Under the pieces are notes generated by a model. That model saw only the letters and a list, made by a program, of their open reading frames with translations. It was not told the DNA's origin and searched no databases. DNA of 64,000 nt from Eledone cirrhosa (Eukaryota), in contig OZ024755.1 of NCBI GenBank assembly GCA_964016885.1, positions 4,526,001 through 4,590,000 of the forward strand. The letters are read 5' to 3'. Positions 13,801-27,902 of this stretch are shown one piece after another. A program made the translations under genes and the position numbers. Every line of letters starts with the position of its first letter. The stretch's first letter is position 1.

Positions 13801-16800
13801 TACATTGCCAATATCTCGAATCTATTAGATCAACAAAATAAATAAAGATAATTAATAAAAATAATGACATATAGCGATGTATGTATTTGTTTTGTAAGGT
13901 TTTTTTTTATATGAAATCATGTGTTGAAACCGATAGTGTTATATTTAGAGAGGGTCATGTTCTCTTAACCCTTTAGCATTTACATTACTCCATATATGCT
14001 ATTGTATTTTTGTGGTAAAGGCTTTATCTCACATAATATCAAATCTATGAGATTTTGATGTTATTTTCAGACCAATACCTTAACATCAGTATGAACAGCC
14101 AGTTACAGCCAGTTTGAACAGAAAGAGGTGAGAGAATTCTGGCCGGATGCAGCCAGTTTAAATGCTAAAGGGTTAATATTGCCAAAAAATACAATACAAA
14201 TTTCTGCAAAAGATTTACTCACAGTTGACATCGTTTCAGCAACCTGCAAATCAATTGTAAGTTGATCCCATGGCAACAAGGCTAACTCAACATTCAGTAG
14301 CGTAACACAATAAACTGGTATCTTCCTAGCTGCTAAGATGGAGGTGTAGAACACCCATAACCGTCCAAGTATGTCTTGTGTTTTGGAGTAAGCTAAAGGT
14401 GACAATAAAGCTAAAAAGAAAAGAATATACATGACATTTATTGAGAATTCTGTGAATCATCATCATCATCGTTTAACGTCTATCTTCCACGCTAGCATGG
14501 GTTAGACAGGATTAGTCAGGTGGCCGTGTCTCAGTCATATAGGACTATCTGGCAGGTTTTCTATGGCTGGATGCCCTTCCTAACACCAACCACATTTACA
14601 GTGTGGACTGGGAGCTTTTTACCGTGTTACCTACACAGCCACATTACAGCGTGGACTGTGTCTTTTGTCATGACACCTACTGAAATTAAAAAATTGGTTT
14701 ATGTCAGATGCTGTGACCCCCAGTTACACCAGCAGTACCATTGGTAGGGGTTGAAATTGCCAAAGTCCATCTCAACAGCCGATGACCATGGAGTTCTGTG
14801 TCCTTCATTTGTATTTTTATTTTCAAAAAATAAATTTTTAAGGTTTCCCTTTAAAAAAATTGTTTTTTGTTTTACCTTGTTTTTATTTGTTGTCTTGTCC
14901 TCTCTTTGCTAATTTTCCTAAGTTTATATATATATATATATATATATTGATAATAATTGTTTCTACTTTTGGCACAAGGCCAAAAATTACCCAGTACATT
15001 ACTGGTACTTTATTTTATTGACCCTGTAAGGATGAAAGGCAAAGTTAACCTCAGCGGGATTTGAACTCAGCCAATCCACCGCCAGTTATATTAATGATAA
15101 TAATGAGTAGGAACAAGGTGTCAAAGTATTATCATTAAGTTTATTCAGGTGTGACACATGTTTCACAACTGACAAGCTCAAGGTACAATTCAATATCGAT
15201 TGGGCCTAAATCTGAAATCAATAGCTCACCAGACTCGTGGATTTCTTAATATATATATGTGTGTGTGTAAGTCAATGAGACATAATTATGTATGACTTCT
15301 ATCCAGATAAAGTTAAAACAATATCAAAATACTTTATTTTCCATAATAACTTCAATCAAATACAACACTTCTAAATCTTTAGCATTTACATTACCATGGA
15401 AATATAATATTATATGTAAAGTCTTTACCTCACATAATATGGAATCTATGAAATTTTGATATTATTTATTTTGAGAACAACACCTTAACATCAGTATGAG
15501 TGGCCAGTTTGAACAGAAAGAGGTGAGAGCATTCTGGCCTAATATGGAACTGTTTAAATGTTAAGGGGTTAAAGAAAAAATAATAAAGAAATCAAACTTA
15601 GCTTCAAATTAAATCTTACATTTATAAAATACGTGGATATATCGGATGGCATCACAGAAGTTTTGAACCATTATGGTAGCAGCCTCATGATCACCAGCTG
15701 TCCATGGAATCAGTAGTTGGGTTTGTGCTGGTCCTTTCAATGGTCGTACCCAAGGACTGAACACATTCACTATCATATTCCATAAATAATCAATGACTAA
15801 AAATAATAGAAGTTGAGATATTAATACACAAGAAAATCAATACATTTTTCTGTTTTATCCAATAACACATAATGGTGTACAGGTATAAAATGAAGATCAA
15901 CTTAAATTTCCATTTAACACCTGACAAAAGAAACACTAAAGCAATCTTGGAGGTGATGTGTGAAAGGTCAGGTTTAGCATCATCATCATTGCTGTTTTAA
16001 TGTCTGCTTTCCCTGCTAGAAAGGGTTGTACGGGTGCTTATAGACCAAGTCAGTACTGAAGCAGAACCACTGATCTCCCAAGCAGGCCAGGGACCTGTGC
16101 GCTTATGTATAGTCTCACGTTCCATAAAGTACTCAAGAGAGGTTATTATGCCTTTGATACAATTGAGGGTCCACCCAACCCTTTGTTTGACAGGATTTCT
16201 ATGATTGGATGTCTTTCCTATCTCTGAATATCAACTTACCTTGAGCAGGTGATTCTTCTGAAAGATTTTCATGGTACTGAGCTGCTAGAATTTTTAGGAA
16301 ACCAGCACTGATAGAAGCAATATACGGCACATATTTATGCCATTTGGAATAGAGACCGAATGTACAACTTTCTTTATTGAGTAATCGTTGTTCCATAAAG
16401 AAGGATGACATCATCTCAAGAATTTGGGCCAGCTGGAAAATAACAAAAATAAGTTTTATACAAACAATGAATAAAAAAAAAACTAGAAAATAAAATTAAT
16501 ATATTAATGATTATGAGGAAATAAAACAAATTATCTGCTATTTGTTTTGTTCAATAAAATAGAATCTTGATGAAAACATACCCAAAAATGACAAAATAAA
16601 TTATCTTTGTTGAATGTAAAAGAAAGGTTATTTTGATAACAATTTCATTCAAAATTTATACTTTACCGTATATACTCAAATACAAGATTATCCTCCTATT
16701 TTATGTCTGAGAAATAGTCAAAGATCCCAACCCCATTTATAAACTAAGGCAGCTAATCAACACATTGTTTACATGGCAAATATAAGCTGACTCCTTCATT

Positions 16801-19800
16801 TTACCATCAATTTCTTTTGGTCACATATTCCCCAGCTTATATATGAGTATATACGGTACTTCACTTCTATTCTGGCACCCAAAGAAGTTGACATTCTCAC
16901 AATAGATATAAAATTAATGGTTTCTAATTTTGGCACAAGAACAGCAATTTTGAGGAAGGGAAAGTCAATTATATTGAACCCAGTATATTACTGGTTCTTT
17001 ATTTTATCGACCTTGCAATGATGAAAGGCAAAGTTGGTGTTGAAATTTGAACTCAGAACGTAAAGAACAGAAACCTATACTGCTAAGCATGTGTCCGTTG
17101 CTCTAACGATTCTGCCAATCCACCACCCTGCAGTGATTATAAAATTACTAACAACTGACCTGAAGGCTAGAGAGTTGTGAGGCTGAAGGTGCAGAAATAT
17201 TTGATAACTGTTGTATTTGGTAATCTTCATCAAAACTTCCAGGTGTTGCACATTCAGTAACATACGGAAAAGCAGTTTCACTGAATATCTGCCAACACTT
17301 CACATGGAGACGGCCTTTTGATGAAACTATAAGATAACAAATGAGAATTGGTCAAATTTCCATCGATGCATTGGTGTATGTGTTTATGTAAATATATGTG
17401 TACGTGTGGAATTTTTTTTATCAAACTAACATATAAATGCATTTAAACTTTACTTTGATAAATGTTATCCCTAAATTCCAGACAATCTATCTATATCTGA
17501 AAAGTTCATTGGCTGACTATGAAGGAGTGATACTAGAGCTGTGAAATCTTGCATACATTAATTTCAACTCATCTTATTAATAACCACATTGTTTCTTTCC
17601 AGGGACTATGTTGAAAAATAAACCTCATTTGGTCATTCCATGAGAGTATCTTAGTCAGCCTATGAACTCTTCATCAAACCCTTGTAGTCTACATGAATAC
17701 ATATGAGTCTCTTCAATCAGCAGTTTAATAAGCAAAGAAGGAAGTTGAATAAAAGATAGAACATATTGTTACGTTACAAACATATTTCATTACTTTTATT
17801 TATATAAGAAATCATTATTTGATAGTAACTGAAGTTAAACAATGGCATAAAGAACCCCTGCCCAACAGACTGAGGCTTGAGAAAGTTTTAACATAAGTTA
17901 GGAATAAAGATAGGGGTGGTGAGGGAACAGAGAAGATTAGTAAAAACGATGAAGACTAACCTTTCAGAAGCATGGAAAGTATTTGAGAAAGATAGTAGTG
18001 GAAGCAAGAATTCAGTACTTTGTGTAAATGTGTACAGAACAGCTGCAAACAGAGAAATATATATTTTCATGACAAGTAGTAAGAGAGAGAGAGAGATTTA
18101 CAAAATTATTATTTAAAACATCACAATCCAGAAGAATCGGAAAAACATTTATTGCATAACACTTACATGTGTTTCATTGTATGTATTATATATCAGTCTT
18201 GGATCATTAATATTTGATTGTTACAATCAAATTGAACCGAATCCAACTACTTAAATAATCATACGTAGTCACAACAAATTTTCAAAGTTTTGATTCATGT
18301 TGAATAATCAAATTGATTACACTAATGGAAATTGAATAATACTATAATTATATATATATATATATAGTGTAAACAAAGTTTCATAGACTTAACATATATG
18401 AGCTACCAATGGTTTCGGGGTCCAATCATGGCCACCACTGTATAATGGACGAGGCACTTTTAAACTGGACCTTCATGCAGGCACGTGGACAATAAAAAAG
18501 TTAGTTAATGTTTCTCGTTAGTAACTTAGTTTTAATTAATGGTAGAATTAGAAGAGGAATAAGTATATATATATTATTTATTTATCTTTAGAAAATAGAA
18601 TTGAAAATTAATCTGGGAAGGATTTGATATGGAAGCAGCAGCTGCTGAGAGAATACATTAATTTTATAGATATAACAAAGTGCCGTAGTTTGCTTGAAGC
18701 ATTGCACAGTAAGAAATACAAATTTAAATAAGTTTAAATATTTGGAAGCCTGACAATGCGGGCAAGATTAAAAGTGCCAAGTTAATAGGAATTATAGAAA
18801 ATAAAGGACTGAGAAAAGAGTGAGAACAGTAGAATTTTACCTTAGCAATTTTATTGATCTCAAATATATATTTAGTTTTGTAAGACTCACCTCAAAAAGG
18901 ATCAATTCTCGTGACATCGGTTCTGCTCCACAGCTGATAAAAGCTGTAGATAATACATCAATAAGTTTTACAACTTCTGGGTGTGGCAGGTTGAGTTTCT
19001 CTAACCAGATACACACATCAAACTAAGAAGGAAACATTAGATATACATCAATTAGAACATTCTAAACTGATGAAGACTATCAAAATAATTATACAGCATA
19101 TCAATTAGTGAAATGTCTAAATATAAACATATTTAGTCACTCTGTAAAGGTATTTGAGGGCAAAGAAAAGACAGATTAGGGGCAGAGTGACAGGTCTGCA
19201 GCCTGGGACCCCACAATATTTAACCCTTTAGCATTTACATTACTGTGAAAATATAATAGTAAATATAGAGTAAAGGCTTTATTTCACATGATATCGAAAC
19301 TACAAGATTTTGATCTTATTTATTTTGAGAACAATGCCTTAACATAAGTAAAAGCAGCCAGTTATGGTCAGTTTGAACAGAAAGAGATGAGAGAATTCTG
19401 GCCGGATATGGCTGGTTTAAATGTTAAAAGGTTAAAGCTCAAAAGTTGTTTTTTTTTACCACCATCAATAACCATTCTGACTACGACTGGTTGTTTCGGA
19501 GGGGTAGAACTTACATGTAAGAACATATGTCATTTTAAAATGTATTTCTATATATTTACCTTTGATAACAGCATGAAAGCCATATCTATTTGACATGAAC
19601 GAAGAACAATCAATTTTTCATACATTGCCAAGAAGCAGCCTGGATTCAGATTAGGCAAAAAATGAGGAGACATTAAACCTGCAAGGTCTGGATGGTCAAG
19701 CACAAAATTTAACAGAACAGGGCTTTGATCAGGCATTTTCTGAACAAACTCCTATAAAAGAACAAAACATAAAATACAGAAAATGATTCTCCATTAAATC

Positions 19801-22523
19801 AATGTGAAATAATACTGAAACAATGAAACAATAATCTCATTCATGAGTTTTATATCGAATGATTAATAATATTTGATTTGTTTGCAAGTAAACAGCCTCA
19901 TTACGCTATGTTTTTAGATGACCATCGCCATCCTTTTGTTCTAGCGGTGACAGAGAGAAACAATTGACAATATTGTTTCTGGGTTATTTCTCTCTGGATT
20001 GGCAATATCGGTAGAGGGTCGGATGCCATGCTAGGGTGGGGGATTGGCAGTATCGGTAGAGGGCCGGACGCCATGCTTTGCAGCATAGTTACGTCACTTT
20101 ACGGTCTGAGTTCAAATTCCGCCGAGGTTAACTTTGCCTTTCATCCTTACGGGGTCGATAAAATAAAGTACCAGTAATGTACTGGGGTAATTGCTGGCCT
20201 TGTGACAAAAGTGGAAATAACTATTATTCGATATAAAACTCACAAAGGCAATTATGTATCCGTTATTCATCACTGGATCTATTCCTCTCACCCAGTCACT
20301 TTTATCCTCCTCAACACATGACCCAAACATCTCATCCTAATCGCAACATTTAACACAGGATCTATTCCTCTCACCCAGTCGCTTTTATCCTCCTCAACAC
20401 ATGACCCAACCATCTCATCCTAATCGCAACATTTAACACAGGATCTATTCCTCTCACCCAGTCACTTTTATCCTCCTCAACACATGACCCAACCATCTCA
20501 TCCTAATCGCAACATTTAACACAGGATCTATTCCTCTCACCCAGTCACTTTTATCCTTCCTCACCACATTACTCAACCATCTCATTCCACCACTCTTCAC
20601 AACATTCATCACTGGTTCTATTCCTCACTATTAGAATCATGACAAATTCCTATCCTTCTTCCTACTTACTAAATAAAACCTTTTACTAAGCGATTCAATT
20701 ATTTCAATCTGACTTACATGTCCAAGAATATCCAGACAGGAAGCAAAGAATTGCCGAGTTGGTGGGTAAAAATTGGTTTCATTAGTAACCATATTAGCGA
20801 GGTAGTAGAAGATGGCGCAGCCGATGTTTTGCAGATGCTCGACCTTCTCTGCATCTGTGCATGCCCGTGTCAATTTGATCAGTGTACTGAAAATAGAAAA
20901 GGTATAGAACAAAATGTTGATCAGCACAATAACAACTTCAATATAGATAAAACAACAATAACAACAATAACTCCAAACTCTAGGCCATAATGTGTAAATA
21001 ATTAGCTAAGTATGCAAAGTTTTAATATTGGTATGTAGTGTTGTGTTGCAGTAGTGCAGGTGTCATGATAAAATGCACCCAGTCCATACTGTAAAATGGT
21101 AGTGTAAAGGGCATGAAAAAAAGCACCCATCTTGTGTTGTAAGATGGTAGCACTGGTACTACAACAAAAAGCACTGAGTTCACTCTGTAAGGTGGTTTGT
21201 ACTGGTGTCATGACAAAAAGCACTCAGTCCATCCTGTAAGGTGTTAGTGCTGATGCCATGACAAAAAGCAGACAGTTCATCCTGTAAGGTGGTTTGTACT
21301 GGTGCCATGACAAAAAGCACCCGGTCAAATTTGTAAAGTGGTAGTACTGGTGTCAGAGTTGCAGGATGTGAGAAGGTGATGTAAATGTTGGTATAGATAC
21401 TGTGTAAAGTGGTAGTACTGGTGTCAGAGTTGCAGGATGTAAGAAGGTGATGTAAATGCTGGTATAGCCACTGTGTAAAGTGGTAGTACTGGTGTCAGAG
21501 TTGCAGGATGTGAGAAGGTGATGTAAATGTTGGTATAGCCACTGTGTAAAGTGGTAGTACTGGTGTCAGAGCTGAAGGATGTGAGAAGGTGATGTAAATG
21601 CTGGTATAGCCACTTACGTGATAATGTTTTCCACATGAACTGCACAAACACAGACTTTTTGAGGGGGAGGAAGTAGACCGTCTTGTACTAAACCTAGCTG
21701 CTGGTTTTCTATATCGTTAAGTTTCTGTTGTATATCACTGTTCAGAGTTTTTTCACATACCTGTAATACATGGGGAACAAAAAGAGGCGATTAGTAACAG
21801 TCATCTAGCACATAAGAGGAGTCAGTGTTTTAGAATTAAAAGGAAGTGTAGAGGAAATCCAATCCAATCCAAGACCTTTTCATTCATGTTGGAGGAACTT
21901 CTGCCTGGTTGACCTCCACCACTTTCTGTTTGGTTTTGGTCATGCCAATTACGGATTGGTGAGGTTATTTAACCCAGAGTTGGGGTGGATGGCTGTTGAC
22001 TCTGAGGAGTTCATCCAGCCTTTTAACAGCTCTTGTTTTTTTGTGCTGCTGGGGTTCACGTACCCTCCCCCAACAGACTCTGGTCTGGTGTGGGAGCCGG
22101 TTTAGTCTCTGACCACTCAACCATGAAGCAGGTTGTACTTATTGGGTTAAATGGTATCAATAGCAGGCAGAAGAAGCCTCGCATGACTATACCAGGGCCT
22201 GGAAATCCCAGTGGAAAGAACCCACAGTAGATGTAAACCAAGAAAGACTTGACCGAGGAGATAACAATGGAACATGATGAGTCGAGGAGGGATGCTGTGT
22301 TAAAAAGGACCCGTCCAACCCATGCAAGCATTGAAAAACAGATATAAAAATGATGATAATATTTAAAGTACTTACTCTAACAGATGTTGTGATTGCACCA
22401 GAACACTTGTGGGTAAAGTTGATAGTGCTCCTGCATTCCAGAGTTACTGGTATCTAACAAGAAAGGGTTTATTGTTAATGTACTTGATACATATAATAGC
22501 AGTAGATGAACAGATCTTTAAAC

Positions 22524-22564
<41 letters not shown>

Positions 22565-23003
22565 ATGCGAAGTAGTTTCAGATGTTAAAGTCCTTTATTG
22601 CTGTGATACATATTTCAATGACGACAGTGGCCACACAATTGTACCCAGACAGCTTCTTATATAATAAGGTTACGTTCCCAAGGCAATCCAAACAGGAAAC
22701 GACAAGGAAACGGACAAGGAGTCTGTTCTTGAATCGCCTGCCCATTCCCCTGATATGATATGATATATATAAATATATATAAATATATATATATATAAAT
22801 ATATACATATATATATATATATATCACCATCATTGTTTAACGTCCATCTTCCACACTTGCATGGGTTTGGACAGGAATTTTCCCACTTGAGGCAAGATTG
22901 GTTGTCTTGCTTGTATAGGACTGTGGCGGGTTTTCTACGGCTGGATGCCCTTCCTAACACCAACCACGTTTACAGTGTAGACTGGGAGGTTTTTACCGTG
23001 TTA

Positions 23004-23038
<35 letters not shown>

Positions 23039-23502
23039 CACATTTCTCAAAGACACATTTATATAGAATATATCAAGGAACAAAATGATATAATTGGTAT
23101 GGTTAAACAATAATGAATTTTTTCTAATAAATACTCTATGAATAGCAAATTGCTAAAAACGATTATTACATTTGCACAAAACATGAAACAGAGAGAAGAT
23201 AAAGATAAGTTAGTATCAGAGGCTATTCCTTACCTGATTCCACTCATTGCTGTAAAGTTGAGGAAGAAGATCCAGATACTCTAGATCTATAGTTATATGC
23301 CTAGATACCTGCCTGGAGAAATTTCTGAAAATAGTGCAAGAAAATGATAATATATCAACATGGAGGTCGTACATGTTTCTATATTATATCATGTAGATCC
23401 TACATGTTGATGTAATCCATCAAATGTTTTATAGCAAATAAATGAATTCCATGTTAGGGAAAGAAGAATTCAGATTTTTAACTGTATATTCTGCTAAATG
23501 GT

Positions 23503-23560
<58 letters not shown>

Positions 23561-26500
23561 TGTGTGTGTGTGTACTATAAAAAAATACTTTTGATTCATT
23601 TTTATAAATAATATTTTGATTAACTGTTTATGTTACCTGGCATGGTTGCAGAGTGTTTTTAGATCTGTGTTAATAATATACATAAGTGTCGACTTCTCTT
23701 CAAGAGCAGAGACTGTCACTTCTGGTACAGGGGGTTGTGGATCAGTTACAGGAGGGGGGCTCAGTGGAGTGCTGTGGGTTTTTAACCTGTTCAGAATTCG
23801 AGATGTTGCTGAAAAAGAAATACAAGTTGAGAAACTAAAATCAAAATATCAAACAAACAAGATAAAACAAAACAAACTAATCACTTATTGATTTAATTAT
23901 CAGCTGTAAGGTGGCCGTGTAGGAGACACGGTGAAAAGGCTCCCAGTACACACTGTAAATGTGGTTGATGTTAGGAAGGGCATCCATCTGTAAAAAAAAA
24001 GAAACCTGCCAGAGATGCTTCCGTGCGAGCGAGATATGGTCTCCTGACCATTCCCGCATCAAATGGAACAAAACCATCTAACCCATGCTAGCATGGAAGA
24101 TGGACGTTAAACAATGATGATGATGATATATCATCATCATCATCATCATTTTATGCCTGTTTTTCCTTGCTTGCAAAGGTGGGACGGGTCCTGTTCACCA
24201 CAGCATCTCTCCACTTGTCACGGTCCCTCGTCATCTCCTCTGTGAGCTTCAGTTATTTTGATCAGCTAAGTGTAGAAGTCGTAGGCAAATCATGATGCAA
24301 TGAATTACTAAAGCACTCAACATTACGGACCTCTTAAAATTTACAGCATATCTTCCAGTATGGCCTTCTATTGTCGTATTAGATATATATCTAGCTGCTG
24401 AACCGGCAGGAACTCAGCTGCCGAGGTCCCAAACCCTTCATATATATATATATGAGACTATAAATATACTAACCAGTACTATAAAAGAATATAAATATAC
24501 TAAATATACTAACCAGTACTGACTCTGGATTTAGAGTCAGTTTTGCTTTTCTGTTTATACTGATGATGATAACTGACAGTGATTTCTTCACTCCACACGT
24601 GTGCCAATGTTAAAGATTCATAAATAAGTATATTCAAATCAATTAACTCCATCCATGGATTCTGAAAAAGAATTTTCAATATTGATCAACCAAAAAATAT
24701 CTTCATTTATCAATGACAGCTAACCATAAAGCTTTACATTAAATATTAGTTAATTACTTAACTAGAAACAAGACATTAATTAGTCTAATATAAAGTTTAA
24801 CATTAAATATTAGTTAAATACTTAACTAGAAACAAGACATTGATTAGTCTAATATAAAGTTTAACATTAAATATTAGTTAAATACTTAACTAGAAACAAG
24901 ACATTGATTAGTCTAATATAAAGTTTAACATTAAATATTAGTTAAATACATGATGATGATCATCATCATCCTAAAGAAATCTTACCTTATCACAGAAAAA
25001 TATCTTCTGCAAGCGCTCAGAATCATATTGTGTTGGAAGTGCAGGGAGATATAAGGTGGATTCATGCAGTCGAGGCTCATCCAGCCAAAACTGAAAACTC
25101 TCAAATAATCTGAAAGATGTGTTCAAATATTTTTAACCCCTTAAAACCTTAAAGATGTATGTTAAAATATATTTAACCCCTTAAAACCTTAAAGATGTAT
25201 GTTAAAATATTTTTAACCCCTTAAAACCTGAAAGATGAACGCTAAAATATGTTTAGTCCCTTAAAACCTTAAAGATGTGTTAAAATATTTTAACCCCTTA
25301 AAACCTGAAATATGTATGTTAAAATATTTTTAACCCCTTAAAACCTTAAAGATGTACGTTAAAATATTTTTAATCCCTTAAAACCTGAAAGATGTATGTT
25401 AAAATATTTTAACCCCTTAAAACTTGAAATATGTATGTTAAAATATTTTTAATCACTTAAAACTTGAAATATGTATGTTAAAATATTTTTAATCACTTAA
25501 AACTTGAAATATGTATGTTAAAATATTTGTAATCATTTAAAACTTGAAAGATGTATGTTAAAATATTTGTAATCATTTAAAACTTGAAAAATGTATGTTA
25601 AAATATTTGTAATCATTTAAAACTTGAAAAATGTATGTTAAAATATTTGTAATCATTTAAAACTTGAAAGATGTATGTTAAAATATTTGTAATCATTTAA
25701 AACTTGAAATATGTATGTTAAAATATTTGTAATCATTTAAAACTTGAAAAATGTATGTTAAAATATTTGTAATCATTTAAAACTTGAAATATGTATGTTA
25801 AAATATTTGTAATCATTTAAAACTTGAAATATGTATGTTAAAATATTTGTAATCATTTAAAACTTGAAAAATGTATGTTAAAATATTTTTAATCCCTTAA
25901 AACCTGAAAGATGTATGTTAAAATATTTGTAATCATTTAAAACCTCCTTAAATTAGTTTTATTCTCACACAGACACAACAATATTATCATAAAATACAAG
26001 AAATACTCACCTTTGTAATGTAGTATGTAGTTGAGTGTTTAATGATTTCTTTAAAGTTTCCTCACATTCTCCTTTCAAAGATTCTAAAGATAGAGAACTG
26101 GAAGATTCAGACATAGGAGGAGATTCTGAAAATGGACAACAGAAAATATCATTAAATGTTGCCAGACATATTAGTTAGAATAGTGTACCTATTCTAAACT
26201 AGATATATATATGACATACAGGGTTACGGTGTACCTATTCTAAACTAGATATATATATATGACATACAGGGTTACAGTGTACCTATTCTAAACTAGATAT
26301 ATATATGACATACACAAGACAGTGTTTATAACTTGAAATAGCTGTTGACTGAAATCAATGGTGAAGTTGTGTTAAATTTACACCTCTTCCATTACCTGTC
26401 TCACCTGTATCTCCCGTGTTTTCCCCTTCAGAACCTTTGGCACTCTGTAACACAGCAATATGGTGCTGAACTACATCCACAAGTTTTTTTTTCATTTTTT

Positions 26501-27858
26501 TCAACATGTTTCGATAACTGAGACTTTCAAAAAACCGGTTTCCATTGCTTGCTCGTTCCGGTAAACTGTAAAATATTGATACAGACATCATAACAAAACA
26601 ATATGAAACTAGTATAAACAGCAAGATAAAAGAATGGGCGAGAACCTAACAAAATGATATCAGTCAAGAATATATTCAGAATAAACAATATAAACTGTTT
26701 TAACCTTCTAGCATTACATTACTCTATAATATATAAAGTCTATGGAAACTGCAGAGTGGGGAGACCCAAGAAGACCTGGGATGAGGTGATAAAAGCCAAC
26801 CTTACCCAATTACACCTCTCAAAGGCGATGACACACGACCGTGACCTCTGGCGTCATGCAGTAATACAGAAGACCCGACCCCCCCATGGGTACAAGCCGG
26901 AGCTGAAGCATATAGACAATATGTCCCCACACCCTCCCACTGCAAAGTGGTTGTGGAGGTACCATGGCAAAAAAGCACCCAGCACTCACTGTAAATGAGG
27001 TTGGTGTTAGGACAGGCATCCAGCTGTAGAAATCAAGCCAGAATCAGTTCCTTTATGAGCAAGGCATGGTCAGCCGACCGGACACTGCCCACAACAGGAC
27101 AACTTGTCTAACCCATGCTAGCGTGGAAGAATGGACGTAAAACAGTGATGATGTTGATATATATATATATGTATAGGGCATCCAGCCGTAGAAAACCTGC
27201 CAGATAGTCCTATATGAGCGAGACACAGTCACCCGACCAACCTTGCCTCAAGTGGGACAACTCCCGTCTAACCCATGCTAGCGTGGAAAGTGGACGTTAA
27301 ACGAAGATGATGATGATGATGATGTATATGGTCCCGTAAAACTTGATAGAGCTGTAGGGTCACCGAACTGAAATACAGCGTTTCTTGAGCATTTGAAGCC
27401 TGGTGGAGCCCATCCTTCTCCAGGCCTGAGTACAGCAGATTTCTTCCAGAGAAAGGAAGAATCACCCCAGTACTTGACTGGTACTTCTTTTATCAACCTC
27501 GAAAGGATGATAGACAAAGTTGACCTCACTCGATATATTCTATTGTATTTTCACGGTATAAAAAAAAAAAAATAACTTTGTCGTAATTGTTAACGATTAA
27601 TTGAGAGAAATACCTTCCAGGTGTAATAGATCTTCCCAAATAGAGCACAAAGAAGCGTTGCCATATAAGAGGGAGTATAGGATGATCACAAGGTGTGTCT
27701 AACGCTTGTTGAGCCCAACGGTAAATATTCAAACGATGAAATGCAGAGAATGTCTTTAACTTGAGTTTCACAGCAGATTTCTGAAATAGGTAATGATAAA
27801 AATAGAAAAAAAGGAATTCTGTTAAAGTAGCAGAGGGTCATCAGTTTGTAAAGAAGAA

Positions 27859-27902
<44 letters not shown>

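Noticed and set aside
18480-18515. Possible U12 AT-AC acceptor (ttattgtccac)
   Set aside because: No open frame follows, and EPG5 is complete with GT-AG introns; the adjacent sequence is a decayed ribozyme insert.
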